Assembly (NCBI GenBank): GCA_009694375.1
Contig: SHVB01000004.1
Coordinates: 97,296 to 161,295 of the forward strand
Origin: Acidimicrobiia bacterium
Lineage (GTDB): Bacteria > Actinomycetota > Acidimicrobiia > Acidimicrobiales > VFJN01
Direction of reading: 5' to 3'
Length of the DNA: 64,000 bases
Shown one piece after another: positions 28,397 through 38,562 of the stretch; the first letter of the stretch is position 1; every line of letters begins with the position of its first letter. A program made the position numbers and the translations under genes. Below the pieces are notes generated by a model, which was not told the origin of the DNA, ran no database searches, and saw nothing but the letters and a program-made list of their open reading frames with translations.

Positions 28397-30034
28397 CTAG
28401 ACGGCGATCTCGCTCTGTGCGACCTTGAGGGCCCAGGGATAATCTGGTTTGCCGCTCGGGGAGCGGACGATCTCGGGGACGTAATGGACCTCTTTGGGAA
28501 TCTTGTACCCCGCAAGGTATCGGCGGCAATGGGTGGCGAGGTCATCAAGGCTGGGGTTCTGGCCGGGCCGGGCCTGGAGGACGACGGCCACTCGTTGACC
28601 CCACCGCTCATCGGGAACCCCGACCACGATGGCGTCGAACACGGCGGGGTGGGCCTTGAGGACACTCTCCACCTCTTCGGGGAAAATCTTCTCTCCCCCG
28701 GAGTTGATGCATTGAGAGCCGCGACCGAGGAGCGTGATCGTTCCGTCGGCCTCGAGGAGTGCCATATCCCCGGCGAGGGCGTAGCGCATCCCCGAGGGTC
28801 CGGTCACGAAGGTTTCCGCTGATTTCACCGGGTCCTTGTGGTACTCGACGGGCACGTTGCCCCGCCGGGCCAGACGGCCCTGTTGGCCGGTGCCGGCCAG
28901 GATTTCTTGGTAGTGCTCATCGAGGACCACCGCGTCGCGCGCAGCGGCCACAGTGGGTCCGCCGCCGCTGTTTTGGGTGTCGCCCTTGGCCACCGTGCGC
29001 ATGCCGTTGGAGCCGGTCTCCGAGGAGCCGATGGCATCGATGATCATGAGGTTTGGGAACGCTTCGAGGTACTGATCCTTCACGGTGGGGGAGAAGATGG
29101 CGGCGGTGGACGCGAGGACGAACATCGATGAGAGGTCGAGGGTGCTCGGGCCGCCCATCTCGGTCAGCGCCTCGATCATGGGCCGAGCCATCGCATCGCC
29201 GGTGATAGCCACCGTGTTGATGCCCTCGCGTTCGATCGTGCGCCACACCTCGGTGGGGTCAAACCGCTTGAGCATCACGACGAAGTTGCCCTCAAAGGCA
29301 AATCGCAGGAATCCCCACTGGGCGGCACCGTGCATCAACGGGGGCAGGTTGAGGGAGCGCAGCGGGCTCTCCACCGAGGTGGCTTTTTCGGCCAGCGTCC
29401 ACTCGCTGTCCACCCGCTCATTGCTGTAGGCGTCGATCCCACCGCCGAGGGCGAAGAACACATCCTCATGGCGCCACACCACCCCTTTGGGCATGCCGGT
29501 GGTTCCGCCGGTGTAGATGATGTATCGATCGTCGTCCGAGCGCGGCGCAAAATCACGGGTGGAGGAGCCCGACGCCATGGCGTCTTCGAAGGCAACCGAC
29601 CCGAGAGCGGTGAGGACGGCGGAGGGGGCGGGACTGTCATCGTCGATGTGGATGAGATGTTCGAGGAGCGGCAGCGACTGGCGCACGGCCTGAATCCGAG
29701 GGGCAAAGCCCTGGTCGTAGATCACGGCCTTGAAGTCGGCGTTGTCGAAGAGGTACGCCAACTCATCCTCGACGTATCGGTAGTTCACATTCACCGGTAC
29801 CGCCCGGATTTTGTAGGCCGCCAGGGCAGCCTCGATCCATTCGACGCTGTTGGAGCCGTACACGCCGATGTGGTCGCCGGGGCCAATGCCCTGGGCCATG
29901 AGGTGGTGGGCGAGTTGATTGGCTCGGCCCTCGAGTTGCGCGTAGGTACGCCGCTGTTCCCCCACAACCAAGACTTCTCGATCAGCCACCGAATCGACGG
30001 TGTGCTCAAAGAGATCAGCGATGTTGTACGCCAT
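28397..30034 (-). CDS. AMP-dependent acyl-CoA synthetase (FadD17/FadD19-like by motif)
   Basis: AMP-binding motif IIYTGGTTGMPKGVVW. Size about 545 aa. Confidence 0.88.
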   Translation of the reverse strand: MAYNIADLFEHTVDSVADREVLVVGEQRRTYAQLEGRANQLAHHLMAQGIGPGDHIGVYGSNSVEWIEAALAAYKIRAVPVNVNYRYVEDELAYLFDNADFKAVIYDQGFAPRIQAVRQSLPLLEHLIHIDDDSPAPSAVLTALGSVAFEDAMASGSSTRDFAPRSDDDRYIIYTGGTTGMPKGVVWRHEDVFFALGGGIDAYSNERVDSEWTLAEKATSVESPLRSLNLPPLMHGAAQWGFLRFAFEGNFVVMLKRFDPTEVWRTIEREGINTVAITGDAMARPMIEALTEMGGPSTLDLSSMFVLASTAAIFSPTVKDQYLEAFPNLMIIDAIGSSETGSNGMRTVAKGDTQNSGGGPTVAAARDAVVLDEHYQEILAGTGQQGRLARRGNVPVEYHKDPVKSAETFVTGPSGMRYALAGDMALLEADGTITLLGRGSQCINSGGEKIFPEEVESVLKAHPAVFDAIVVGVPDERWGQRVAVVLQARPGQNPSLDDLATHCRRYLAGYKIPKEVHYVPEIVRSPSGKPDYPWALKVAQSEIAV

Positions 30035-30178
30035 GGCCCCTCACGTTACGTCCGCGCGAGCGGACTCGCCCAAGTTGCGGCGGCCAGGGCCCGATTCGAT
30101 GGACCGTCGGGGCTGCTGGGCGTGGTCAATGGAGGGGGCTGCTGGCCACCGGAGTGCGGCAAAACGGGTGGCCCAGGG

Positions 30179-31615
30179 TTAGGCGGAGCGCGCCCTGCGG
30201 GGTTTCGCGACCACCGGGCGGACTTCGATGGCGGCGAGAAGTTCGGCCATGGCCGCCTCCACGTGCGTGACGAGGGACCAGACATCAGGGACGAGTTCGC
30301 GGCACACCATGAAGCCGATGTCCACGTTGTCCATGTAGGACAGCACGGTGATGTTGAGACCGGCTCCTTCCATCACCGGCCCCATCGGCAGCGTGTATTC
30401 GAGTTGTGCCCCGGCGTAGTAGAGCGGAAACGGCGGTCCGGGAACGTTGGAGATCACCACGTTGTGGATGGGACGGTGGCGGTCGCTCAGATTCATTCCG
30501 GAATAGAGGCGAGCGGCGAGGGCGAAGGTGGTGGGGGCGGCATGCTCCGCCCAGTCCTGGAGCAGGTTGGCCCCAATGACGTTGTGGTCGGCCTTCGCCC
30601 CCTTAGTCGTGGCGTGGATGACCCGGAGGCGTTCGAGTGGATCGGCCACATCGGTGGCCAGGGTCGTGAACATGGCTGACACTTTGTTGTTGGTTTCTCC
30701 CGCTTCCTCGTCGCTGCGGACCGATACCGGGCACACCGCCACCAACGGTGCCTCGGGCAGGGCATCGTGGGCGAGGAGGTAGCGCCGCAGGGTGCCTCCC
30801 ATGAGCCCGAGCACCACGTCGTTCACCGTGCAACCGGCGGCGTTTTTTATCCTCTTCACGTCATCGAGCTTCACCCGGGTGAAACTCATCCGCCGGTGGG
30901 GGGTGATCGACCGGTTCCACGGCGTAGGGGGCGCAGTGAGGGGTATGGCCCCCACCACGGTGTCGCTGTCGCGGTGGCGCGCCACCAGCGTGTTCAGGGT
31001 GCGGACAGTGGATCCCAGCAGCGGCAGGAGGCGCGCCTGGCGACGCACCCTCGAGGAGAGGGCATGGCTCATCATTTCAAGATCGGAGGGGATCGGCTCG
31101 GGCTGGCGCTCCTCGGGAGGGTCGAGTTGGCGGCCGCCGGGCTCCACATCGAACAGGTTGACCATCAATTCGGCGCCCGACACGCCGTCCACGGCGCAGT
31201 GGTGCATCTTGGTCACCACCCCGATGTTGCCATCGGCGAGATTCTCCACCACGTAGAGCTCCCACAGGGGTCGGCTGCGGTCGAGCGGTGTGCTGGCGAT
31301 CTGTGCGGCGACCTCCGCCAACTCCTGATGCCCACCCGGAGCCGGCGCTCCGATCCGTCGAATGTGGTAATCCAGATCAAAGTCGGGGTCCTCCACCCAG
31401 ATCGGGTGGTTGAACCGGAACGGGACCGTCACGATCCGACGGCGGAACGGCGGGACGAGGTGGAGGCGCGAGGCGATGAAGTCCTTGATCTTGGTGAACT
31501 CGTAGCCACCCGGCATCGTGGACGGGTCGAAGATGGCTGTCATAGCAACGTGCATGTGCATGCTCGGTGTTTCGAAGTACAAAAATGAGGCGTCCAGCCC
31601 GGAAAGTCGTTCCAT
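30179..31615 (-). CDS. wax ester synthase/diacylglycerol acyltransferase (WS/DGAT)
   Basis: ATG 31615 (MERLSGLDASFLY). Catalytic motif HHCAVDGVSG. Confidence 0.92.
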   Translation of the reverse strand: MERLSGLDASFLYFETPSMHMHVAMTAIFDPSTMPGGYEFTKIKDFIASRLHLVPPFRRRIVTVPFRFNHPIWVEDPDFDLDYHIRRIGAPAPGGHQELAEVAAQIASTPLDRSRPLWELYVVENLADGNIGVVTKMHHCAVDGVSGAELMVNLFDVEPGGRQLDPPEERQPEPIPSDLEMMSHALSSRVRRQARLLPLLGSTVRTLNTLVARHRDSDTVVGAIPLTAPPTPWNRSITPHRRMSFTRVKLDDVKRIKNAAGCTVNDVVLGLMGGTLRRYLLAHDALPEAPLVAVCPVSVRSDEEAGETNNKVSAMFTTLATDVADPLERLRVIHATTKGAKADHNVIGANLLQDWAEHAAPTTFALAARLYSGMNLSDRHRPIHNVVISNVPGPPFPLYYAGAQLEYTLPMGPVMEGAGLNITVLSYMDNVDIGFMVCRELVPDVWSLVTHVEAAMAELLAAIEVRPVVAKPRRARSA

Positions 31616-31679
31616 TTCTCCAGTATTGACTACCGGGCCCGACTTCGCCCAGGGAACCCGGAACGGGCACAATGGGAAA

Positions 31680-32945
31680 ATGATCTGGGCCTTCTTGGCG
31701 GTGAGCGTGTTGGGGCTTCTTCATGCCCTCAACGGACTGTTCCCTCGCAAAACGCTCACTCCCGTGGCCATGTGGAGCTTCATGGCGGCGTGGCTCACCA
31801 ATGAACTGGTGTGGCATCACGTGTTCATGGGCCTGTTGTGGACGGCGTTGTTCGTGGCCCTCGGGGTGGTTGGATCGGTGCTCGGAGCAGTGGCGTTGGC
31901 GATGATGGCGATGACCGAAGTGCTGCTCGTTTACAGCGCCCGCATTGGTCATCGCACCGCAGCGGCGATGCAGGAGGCGTTGGCGCCCATCGGACCGCCC
32001 CCGGCGGGCCCGAAGTTCCCGATCCTCCACCTCATGTTTCCCTTCCTCGTGGGTCGCCGCCGGGGTCTCCGTAAGCAGCGCGACGTGCCCTTCGCGATGG
32101 CGGCGGGCCGCACGATCAAACTCGATGTAACCATTCCCTCGGCACCGGTACCCGGGGGAGGAACCCGACGACCGGCGCTCATTCAGATCCACGGTGGTGG
32201 GTGGGTCATCGGCGACAAACGGGAGCAGGGCCTTCCCCTCCTCACCCACATGGCGGCACAGGGCTGGGTCGGCTTCAACGTGAACTATCGGTTGAGCCCG
32301 GCGGCCACCTTTCCCGATCATCTCGTGGATCTGAAAGCGGCGTTGGTGTGGATCCGCCAACATGCTGATGAGTACGACATCGATCCGGACTTCATCTGCG
32401 TGACGGGCGGATCGGCCGGTGGGCATCTCACCGCCCTCATGGGGCTCACGGCGGGAAATCCTCGCTTCCAACCCGGGTTTGAGGACGCCGATACGTCCGT
32501 GGCCGCCGCCGTGCCGTTTTACGGGATCTACGACTTCACCCCCGGCGGCACGTTCGGATCCCATCCTGAGATGTACCATCGGTTCCTCGAACCCATTGTG
32601 ATGAAGGCATTTGTGGCCGATGAGCCCCGGCGCTTCGAAGAGGCCTCGCCGGTGCACCATCTATCGGATTCGGCTCCGGCTTTCTTGGTGGTGCACGGCG
32701 ATCACGACACGCTGGCGCCGGTCGAAGACGCCCGCATCTTTGTGGAGAGGCTCCGGGCTGTCTCAACGCAGCCGGTCCTCTATGCCGAACTCCCCGGAGC
32801 CGAGCACGCCTTTGAGGTATTCCCCTCCGAGCGCGCCGCACGGGCGGTGGAGGGGGTGGCCCAGTTCCTCTCTGATCGGTGGGAGCGCCGCCCCGCCCCG
32901 CAGGAGGCAGGGTTGCCCGCCGACGCGCCCGTCCTCGTGGAGTGA
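31680..32945 (+). CDS. membrane-anchored alpha/beta hydrolase, hormone-sensitive-lipase family esterase/lipase
   Basis: ATG 31680. N-terminal TM helices, oxyanion motif HGGGW, nucleophile GGSAGG. Confidence 0.85.
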   Translation: MIWAFLAVSVLGLLHALNGLFPRKTLTPVAMWSFMAAWLTNELVWHHVFMGLLWTALFVALGVVGSVLGAVALAMMAMTEVLLVYSARIGHRTAAAMQEALAPIGPPPAGPKFPILHLMFPFLVGRRRGLRKQRDVPFAMAAGRTIKLDVTIPSAPVPGGGTRRPALIQIHGGGWVIGDKREQGLPLLTHMAAQGWVGFNVNYRLSPAATFPDHLVDLKAALVWIRQHADEYDIDPDFICVTGGSAGGHLTALMGLTAGNPRFQPGFEDADTSVAAAVPFYGIYDFTPGGTFGSHPEMYHRFLEPIVMKAFVADEPRRFEEASPVHHLSDSAPAFLVVHGDHDTLAPVEDARIFVERLRAVSTQPVLYAELPGAEHAFEVFPSERAARAVEGVAQFLSDRWERRPAPQEAGLPADAPVLVE

Positions 32946-32975
32946 TCACGGGTGATGCCCCCGATGGAGCCCACC

Positions 32976-32995
32976 GACTAGAACCTGTTCTAGTC
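32976..32995. promoter_or_regulatory. KstR-type operator (GACTAGAACCTGTTCTAGTC)
   Basis: The core 32979-32992 (TAGAACCTGTTCTA) fits TnnAACnnGTTnnA and has 9-nt palindromic arms. Lies 8 nt upstream of the ACAD start 33003. Confidence 0.7.
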
Positions 32996-33002
32996 TGAGA
33001 AC

Positions 33003-34235
33003 GTGGATTTCGACGATACGGCCGAGGAAGCGGCGATTCGGGCCGAGGCGCGGCAGTGGTTGGAGACCGCCGCGATCCCCAAAGGCCACCCCGAGGATTT
33101 CTCGGCCGGGATGTGGTCGGCGGAGTATCCCGAGAGCGTCTATGTAGAGCGTTGCCGGGCTTGGCAGAGGGTGCTCCAGCAGGGCGGGTGGGCAGGGATT
33201 ACCTGGCCCACCGAGTTCGGAGGTCGGGGCGGTCGCCCCATCGAAGCCGCCATCTTCAACCAAGAGCAGGCCCGCTTCGGGGTATCCAACGGCGTGTTCG
33301 CCATCGCCATCGGCATGGTCGGTCCGACCCTCCTCGCCCACGGGACCGACGAGCAGAAGCGTCGATTTCTCCCGCCGATGCTGCGCGGCGACGAGGTGTG
33401 GTGCCAACTCTTCAGCGAGCCCGAGGCCGGTTCCGACCTGGCCAACCTCACCACCCGAGCCACCCGCGACGGGGATGAGTGGGTGGTGACCGGGCAAAAG
33501 GTGTGGACCTCGGCGGCTCACCGGGCCGAGTGGGGAATCCTCTTGGCCCGGACCGACCCGGCGGCGCCCAAGCATCGCGGGATCACGTATTTCCTTGTGG
33601 CGATGACGTCCCCCGGGGTGGAGATCCGTCCCCTGCGGCAGATGACCGGAGACGCCCACTTCAGTGAGGTGTTTCTCGACGAAGTGCGCATTCCCGCCAC
33701 TCAGGTGATCGGCGAGGTGGGGGAGGGGTGGTCGGTGGCGCGCACTACGCTCGCCAGTGAACGCAGTGCCATTGCCGGGGGATCCGGGGGGGCCGACCCG
33801 CCCGGGTTGATTGCCTTGGCCCAGCAGTGGGGTCGAGCGCAGGATCCACTCGTGCGCCAAATGGTGGCGGAGACGTACCTGCGGAGCGAGGTGTTGCGCT
33901 TCTTGCGCCTGCGGGCCCAGACGGCGCTGTCCCACAACGTGCGCCCCGGAGCGGAAAGTTCGGTGATGAAGCTGGCCTACGGGCGTTTCATGGTGCAGAT
34001 GACCACCACCGCTCTGCACATCCAGGGCGCCACCGCCATGCTGTCCGACCCGGCGTTGTTGCCCCGCGGTGGGGTGTGGACCACCAAGTTTCTCCATTCG
34101 CCCTCGCTGCGGATTGCCGGCGGGTCGGATCAGATTCAGGGCAACATCATCGGCGAGAGGGTGCTGGGTCTTCCGGCGGAGGCCCGGGCCGACAAGGACA
34201 CCCCGTTTCGTGATCTCCCCAAGGCTCGTCGGTAG
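33003..34235 (+). CDS. acyl-CoA dehydrogenase
   Basis: ACAD fold. C-terminal motif LRIAGGSDQIQGNII. Confidence 0.9.
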   Translation: MDFDDTAEEAAIRAEARQWLETAAIPKGHPEDFSAGMWSAEYPESVYVERCRAWQRVLQQGGWAGITWPTEFGGRGGRPIEAAIFNQEQARFGVSNGVFAIAIGMVGPTLLAHGTDEQKRRFLPPMLRGDEVWCQLFSEPEAGSDLANLTTRATRDGDEWVVTGQKVWTSAAHRAEWGILLARTDPAAPKHRGITYFLVAMTSPGVEIRPLRQMTGDAHFSEVFLDEVRIPATQVIGEVGEGWSVARTTLASERSAIAGGSGGADPPGLIALAQQWGRAQDPLVRQMVAETYLRSEVLRFLRLRAQTALSHNVRPGAESSVMKLAYGRFMVQMTTTALHIQGATAMLSDPALLPRGGVWTTKFLHSPSLRIAGGSDQIQGNIIGERVLGLPAEARADKDTPFRDLPKARR

Positions 34236-34244
34236 GTTCTGGCC

Positions 34245-34832
34245 GTGGCGATTGCGTCGGAGGTGCTCACCAAGAGTCAGGCGGCCCGTCGCCAACGCGT
34301 GTTGCTGGCGGCCCTCGAACTGGGCGCTCAGGGGGGTTACGACGCCGTGCAGATGCGAGACGTGGCCGGGCTGGCCGAGGTGGCCCTCGGCACGATTTAC
34401 CGGTACTTCCCCTCCAAAGACGCTCTGCTGGCGGCCGCCATGGTGGAGTGGATGGAAGATCTCGAACGTCGGGTAACCGCTCGCGCCCCGGAGGGCGACA
34501 CCATCGCGGAGCGAGTGTATGACGTGCTGCGCCGAGCGGTGGCCACGATGGAGCGCCAGCCGAAACTGGCGGAAGCCGTGGTGAGGGCGCTGACCTCGGA
34601 GGATCGCGTTGCCGATGGTGCATCCGGGGCCACGAGTGAGGTGATGCAGCGGGTCATGCTGCGCGCCTTTCCGGCGGGAACCGACCGCGAGACCGAAGCC
34701 GACATCGCCCGAGTACTCGGCCACGTGTGGTTCTCCTGCCTGGTGGCCTGGATCAGCGGGGTGGGGGACCTGGTGTGGGTGGGCGAGGAACTAAACACCG
34801 CCTGCCACCTGCTCTGCGATCATCTCGGCTGA
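34245..34832 (+). CDS. kstR: TetR-family repressor, KstR-like
   Basis: The HTH GGYDAVQMRDVAGLAEVALGTIYRYFPSK and C-terminal IARVLGHVWFSCLVAW closely resemble M. tuberculosis KstR as I remember it. Matching operators are present in the window. Confidence 0.7.
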   Translation: MAIASEVLTKSQAARRQRVLLAALELGAQGGYDAVQMRDVAGLAEVALGTIYRYFPSKDALLAAAMVEWMEDLERRVTARAPEGDTIAERVYDVLRRAVATMERQPKLAEAVVRALTSEDRVADGASGATSEVMQRVMLRAFPAGTDRETEADIARVLGHVWFSCLVAWISGVGDLVWVGEELNTACHLLCDHLG

Positions 34833-34838
34833 GAGGGA

Positions 34839-36386
34839 TCAGATCGCTCGCTCCCGACCTTCCCAGTACGGATCGCGGAGTTGGCGCTTCAAGAGTTTCC
34901 CGGTTGGCTCCCGCGGGAGTTGGGCCATGAAGTCGATCGACCGCGGCCACTTGAATTTGGCGAGCCGTCCCTCGAGGTGCGCCATGATCGACGCCGCCAG
35001 TTCGTCGCCGGGCGCTTGCCCCGGCACCGGTTCGACGACCGCTTTGATCTGTTCGCCCATGTCGTCGTCGGGAATCCCGAAGACCGCCACGTCGCCCACC
35101 CCAGGGTGGGCGAGGATCTCGCCTTCAATTTCGGCGGGATAGATGTTTACGCCTCCGGCGATGATCATGTCGCTCTTGCGGTCGCAGAGGAACAGGAACC
35201 CGTCGGCGTTCAGGTAGCCGACATCGCCGACGGTGAAGAACCCCTCGGCGTCGTGGGTGTCGTCGGTCTTGGACTTGTCGCCCTTGTATTCGAAGTCCTG
35301 CCCGCCCATTTTCATCCAGATGGTTCCCGGGACGTCCGGACCCACCGGTAGGCGGTCGTCGTCGGTGATCTTCAGTTCCGAGATGGGCCACGGACTGCCC
35401 ACCGTGCCTGGGTACTTCAGCCAGTCGGCCGGGGTGGCGGTGGTGCCCCCGCCTTCGGTGGCGCCGTAGTACTCCCAGATCACCGGACCCCACCAGTCGA
35501 GCATCTTTTGTTTCACATCGATAGGGCACGGGGCGGCGGCATGGATCGCCCAGCGCATCGAGGAAACGTCGTACTGGCTTTTTACGTCTTCGGGAAGCAA
35601 GAGCATCCGGTGGAACTGGGTGGGGACCATGTGGGTGTGGGTGACCGAGTGACGCTCAATTTGCTCGAGGGCGACGGCGGGATCCCATTTGTCCATGAAG
35701 ACGACGCGGTGGCCGCTGTGGAGGGCATTCCCGGCGAAGGTAGTGACGGCGGTGTGGTAGTTGGGCGAGGTGCAAAGGTGTACCTGATCCTCGCGATGGG
35801 GGATCCCAAAGAGCGTAAAGAAGCCGGTGAACAATTCGGCCATGATGTCGGGGTCGGCATCATGGAGGTTGCGCTTCACCCCTTTGGGCCGTCCGGTAGT
35901 GCCCGAGGTGTAGTGCATGGCCGCCCCGGCCAGGCGGTCATCGGGGAGGGTGTCGGGTTGGCCGGCCAGGGCCAGTTCCGCATCCTGGAAGCCGTCGATG
36001 GATCCGTGGCCGAGACGGCTGCCGGCGGGGAGGCCGGCGGCGGTAGCCGCCGCCGCGATCACCTCGGCGTAGCGCTCGTGGGAGACGATGGCCTTGGCCC
36101 CGCAGTCCTCCAAGATGTAGGCGATCTCGGGCGGCGAGAGGCGGTAATTGATCGGCACGTAGTACCAGCCGGCCTGTAAGGCGGCGAGGTAGACCTCGAT
36201 CGGGAGCACCCCGTTGGGCAGGATCGCCGCCACGGAATCGCCGGGTTCCAGGCCCAACGAGCGCAGGAGATGCACGTACTGGTTGGCCCGAGCCAAGAGG
36301 TCTCCGGCGGTGTGTTCGGTGCCGTCGGGATCGATCACGGCGACAAAGTTCGGCTCGGCCTGGGCGTACTTGTAAAAACCTGACAT
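34839..36386 (-). CDS. AMP-dependent acyl-CoA synthetase/ligase
   Basis: AMP-binding motifs YTSGTTGRPKGV and GDVGY. 515 aa. Confidence 0.9.
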   Translation of the reverse strand: MSGFYKYAQAEPNFVAVIDPDGTEHTAGDLLARANQYVHLLRSLGLEPGDSVAAILPNGVLPIEVYLAALQAGWYYVPINYRLSPPEIAYILEDCGAKAIVSHERYAEVIAAAATAAGLPAGSRLGHGSIDGFQDAELALAGQPDTLPDDRLAGAAMHYTSGTTGRPKGVKRNLHDADPDIMAELFTGFFTLFGIPHREDQVHLCTSPNYHTAVTTFAGNALHSGHRVVFMDKWDPAVALEQIERHSVTHTHMVPTQFHRMLLLPEDVKSQYDVSSMRWAIHAAAPCPIDVKQKMLDWWGPVIWEYYGATEGGGTTATPADWLKYPGTVGSPWPISELKITDDDRLPVGPDVPGTIWMKMGGQDFEYKGDKSKTDDTHDAEGFFTVGDVGYLNADGFLFLCDRKSDMIIAGGVNIYPAEIEGEILAHPGVGDVAVFGIPDDDMGEQIKAVVEPVPGQAPGDELAASIMAHLEGRLAKFKWPRSIDFMAQLPREPTGKLLKRQLRDPYWEGRERAI

Positions 36387-36429
36387 GGCGCGCTGTTCCC
36401 TCGGTTTCTCATTCGACGGAGACCCAGAC

Positions 36430-36443
36430 TAGAACCTGTTGCA
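36430..36443. promoter_or_regulatory. KstR-type operator (TAGAACCTGTTGCA)
   Basis: Fits TnnAACnnGTTnnA and shares the left arm CAGACTAGAAC with the 43.5-kb site. Lies between a divergent acyl-CoA ligase gene and the ADH operon. Confidence 0.6.
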
Positions 36444-36507
36444 GTGTTGGCTGCAACCGGCACATTTCATCTGCCGCGATCGTGTGGCTTGCTCTTGAGG
36501 GGGATAT

Positions 36508-37590
36508 ATGCGTGCTGCGCTGCTCCGCAATATTGGCGATGCTAAACTTGAGGTTCGCGACGACCTTGGCCTGACGGCGGTGGGTCCGGGGGAAGTCAGG
36601 GTAAAGATCGAAGCCACGGGTGTGTGTCACTCCGATCTGTCCGTGATGAACGGCACGATCCCGCAGCCGGCGCCGTGCGTGCTCGGCCACGAGGGGGCGG
36701 GCATCGTCGCGGAGGTGGGCGAGGGCGTCACCACCGTTGCGGTGGGTGACCACGTGATCATCGCCTGGAGCCCTCCGTGTGGGGAGTGCGCCTACTGCGG
36801 TCCGCGTCATCAGCCCAACCTGTGCTTCAACATTCAGATGGTTATGGGCGGCACTCCGCACTTCACCCTCGATGGCGCCCCCGTGGCGGGGATGGCCGGG
36901 GCTGGCACCTTCGCCGAGGAGATGATCATCCCGCATCAGGGTGTGGTAAAGATCGACGACGACATCCCGTTGGAGATCGGCAGCCTCGTGGGGTGTGGCG
37001 TGATGACCGGTGTGGGTGCCGTGCTCAACACGGCCAAGGTCACGGCGGGGTCTTCGGTCGTGGTTTTCGGCTGCGGTGGGGTGGGCATCTCCTGCATCAT
37101 GGGGGCCAAGGTGGCCGGTGCCTCGGTGATCGTGGCGGTGGATCTGAACGACGGGAAGCTCGAGGATGCGAAGCGCTTCGGCGCCACTCATTCGTGCAAG
37201 CCCGATGAACTCGACAGCCTGAAGGCCAGCCTCACCGGGGGGGAGGGATTCGACTACGCCTTCGAGGCCATTGGTTTGGCCAGCACCATGCGGGCGAGTT
37301 ACGACAACGCCCGACGCGGCGGCACGGCCTGCATCGTGGGGGTGGGCAAACTTGACGAGTTCGTCAGCTTCTCTGCCTTCGAACTGTTCTTCTCGGAGAA
37401 GGTGCTCGTGGGCAGTTACTACGGATCCGCCGACGTCCGCACCGACTTCCACAAGCTCCTCGGCCTGTGGCGAGAAGGCTCACTCGATCTCGACGGCATG
37501 ATCACCCGTCGCATCAAGCTCGACGAGATCAACGATGCCTTCGACGCCATGCAGCGCGGTGAAGTCATCCGCCAGGTCATCTCCTTCTAA
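36508..37590 (+). CDS. zinc-dependent alcohol dehydrogenase (class III-like)
   Basis: GVCHSDL catalytic Zn motif, structural Zn Cys cluster CGECAYCG..NLC, Rossmann motif VVFGCGGVG. Confidence 0.9.
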   Translation: MRAALLRNIGDAKLEVRDDLGLTAVGPGEVRVKIEATGVCHSDLSVMNGTIPQPAPCVLGHEGAGIVAEVGEGVTTVAVGDHVIIAWSPPCGECAYCGPRHQPNLCFNIQMVMGGTPHFTLDGAPVAGMAGAGTFAEEMIIPHQGVVKIDDDIPLEIGSLVGCGVMTGVGAVLNTAKVTAGSSVVVFGCGGVGISCIMGAKVAGASVIVAVDLNDGKLEDAKRFGATHSCKPDELDSLKASLTGGEGFDYAFEAIGLASTMRASYDNARRGGTACIVGVGKLDEFVSFSAFELFFSEKVLVGSYYGSADVRTDFHKLLGLWREGSLDLDGMITRRIKLDEINDAFDAMQRGEVIRQVISF

Positions 37591-37591
37591 G

Positions 37592-38038
37592 GTGAGCGAC
37601 GATCCCGGTGTTCTCAGCGCCCCCCTCATCATCGAATACCCCTTTTCTCGTACCACTGGTCCTGTCATCGGCGCCTTTCTCACGGGGTTGCGAGAGAAGG
37701 TCCTCCTCGGGATCAAGGGATCCGACGGCCGCGTGATCGTGCCGCCCACCGAGTACGACAGTTTCACCGGTGAGGACCTCACCGAAATGGTGGAGGTGGG
37801 GCCGGGGGGCGAGGTGCTCACCTGGGCGTGGGTGCGAGAGCCCATGGCGAAACACCCGCAGTCGCATCCCTTCGCCTGGGCGCTGGTGAAGCCCGATGGC
37901 GCCGATGTTGGATTCCTTCAGGTTGTCGATGCCGGCTCCCCCGAGGCCATGGCGACCGGTATGCGGGTGCGGCCGCGTTGGGCGGCTGAACGAGAGGGTT
38001 CCATCCACGATCTTGCCTGCTGGGAGCCCGACGTCTGA
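37592..38038 (+). CDS. DUF35 OB-fold/zinc-ribbon family protein (first copy)
   Basis: GTG 37592 lies 2 nt after the ADH stop. DUF35-like OB-fold C-terminal part (GEVLTWAWV..FAWALVKPDGADVGFLQVVD..GMRVRPRW). Confidence 0.7.
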   Translation: MSDDPGVLSAPLIIEYPFSRTTGPVIGAFLTGLREKVLLGIKGSDGRVIVPPTEYDSFTGEDLTEMVEVGPGGEVLTWAWVREPMAKHPQSHPFAWALVKPDGADVGFLQVVDAGSPEAMATGMRVRPRWAAEREGSIHDLACWEPDV

Positions 38039-38562
38039 TGGCCGAGATCCAGATTCCCGCCGTGCTCGAGGGTAAGGAACTGGTGCGTTCGGTGCGCACC
38101 CCGGCCCGCATGGACTTCCTCTATACCGCCGGGGTGGCCACCACCCGATTCCTCACGGGCATCTCCGAGGGCAAGATCCTCGGAGAACGGGCGCCGGGGG
38201 GCAAGGTTTATGTGCCCTCCCGGGGCGCCGATCCACAACTCGGGGTGCCCACCACCGAACCGGTGGAACTGCCTCACGTGGGCACGCTCGTGAGCTTTTG
38301 TGTGGTGAACGTTGCCTTCTACGGCCAGGGGATGGAAATCCCGTACACCTCAGGGCTGATCCTGCTCGACGGATCAGACCTTCCCCTCATGCATCTCATT
38401 CAGGAATGCCCGGTGGAGGATGTGCGCATCGGCATGCGGGTGGAAGCAGTGTGGGTGGAAGCCCACGAGTTGGCCCCCAACCTCGAGAGCATTCGGTACT
38501 TCCGCCCCACCGGAGAGCCCGATGTGGTGGTTACCCAGCCCGGGGCGGGGGTGACGTGGTGA
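38038..38562 (+). CDS. DUF35 OB-fold family protein (second copy)
   Basis: ATG overlaps the previous stop by 1 nt (TGATG). OB-fold segment GTLVSFCVVNV..YTSGLILLDGSDLPLMHLIQ..GMRVEAVW. Confidence 0.75.
   Translation: MAEIQIPAVLEGKELVRSVRTPARMDFLYTAGVATTRFLTGISEGKILGERAPGGKVYVPSRGADPQLGVPTTEPVELPHVGTLVSFCVVNVAFYGQGMEIPYTSGLILLDGSDLPLMHLIQECPVEDVRIGMRVEAVWVEAHELAPNLESIRYFRPTGEPDVVVTQPGAGVTW

Noticed and set aside
32946-34724. 592-aa minus-strand ORF
   Set aside because: Antisense to a well-supported acyl-CoA dehydrogenase and the KstR-like TetR gene. Gly/Arg/Pro/His-rich with no motifs.
36409-37452. 347-aa minus-strand ORF crossing the 36.4-kb operator region
   Set aside because: Antisense to the Zn-ADH gene and extends through a promoter/operator gap. 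No motifs.
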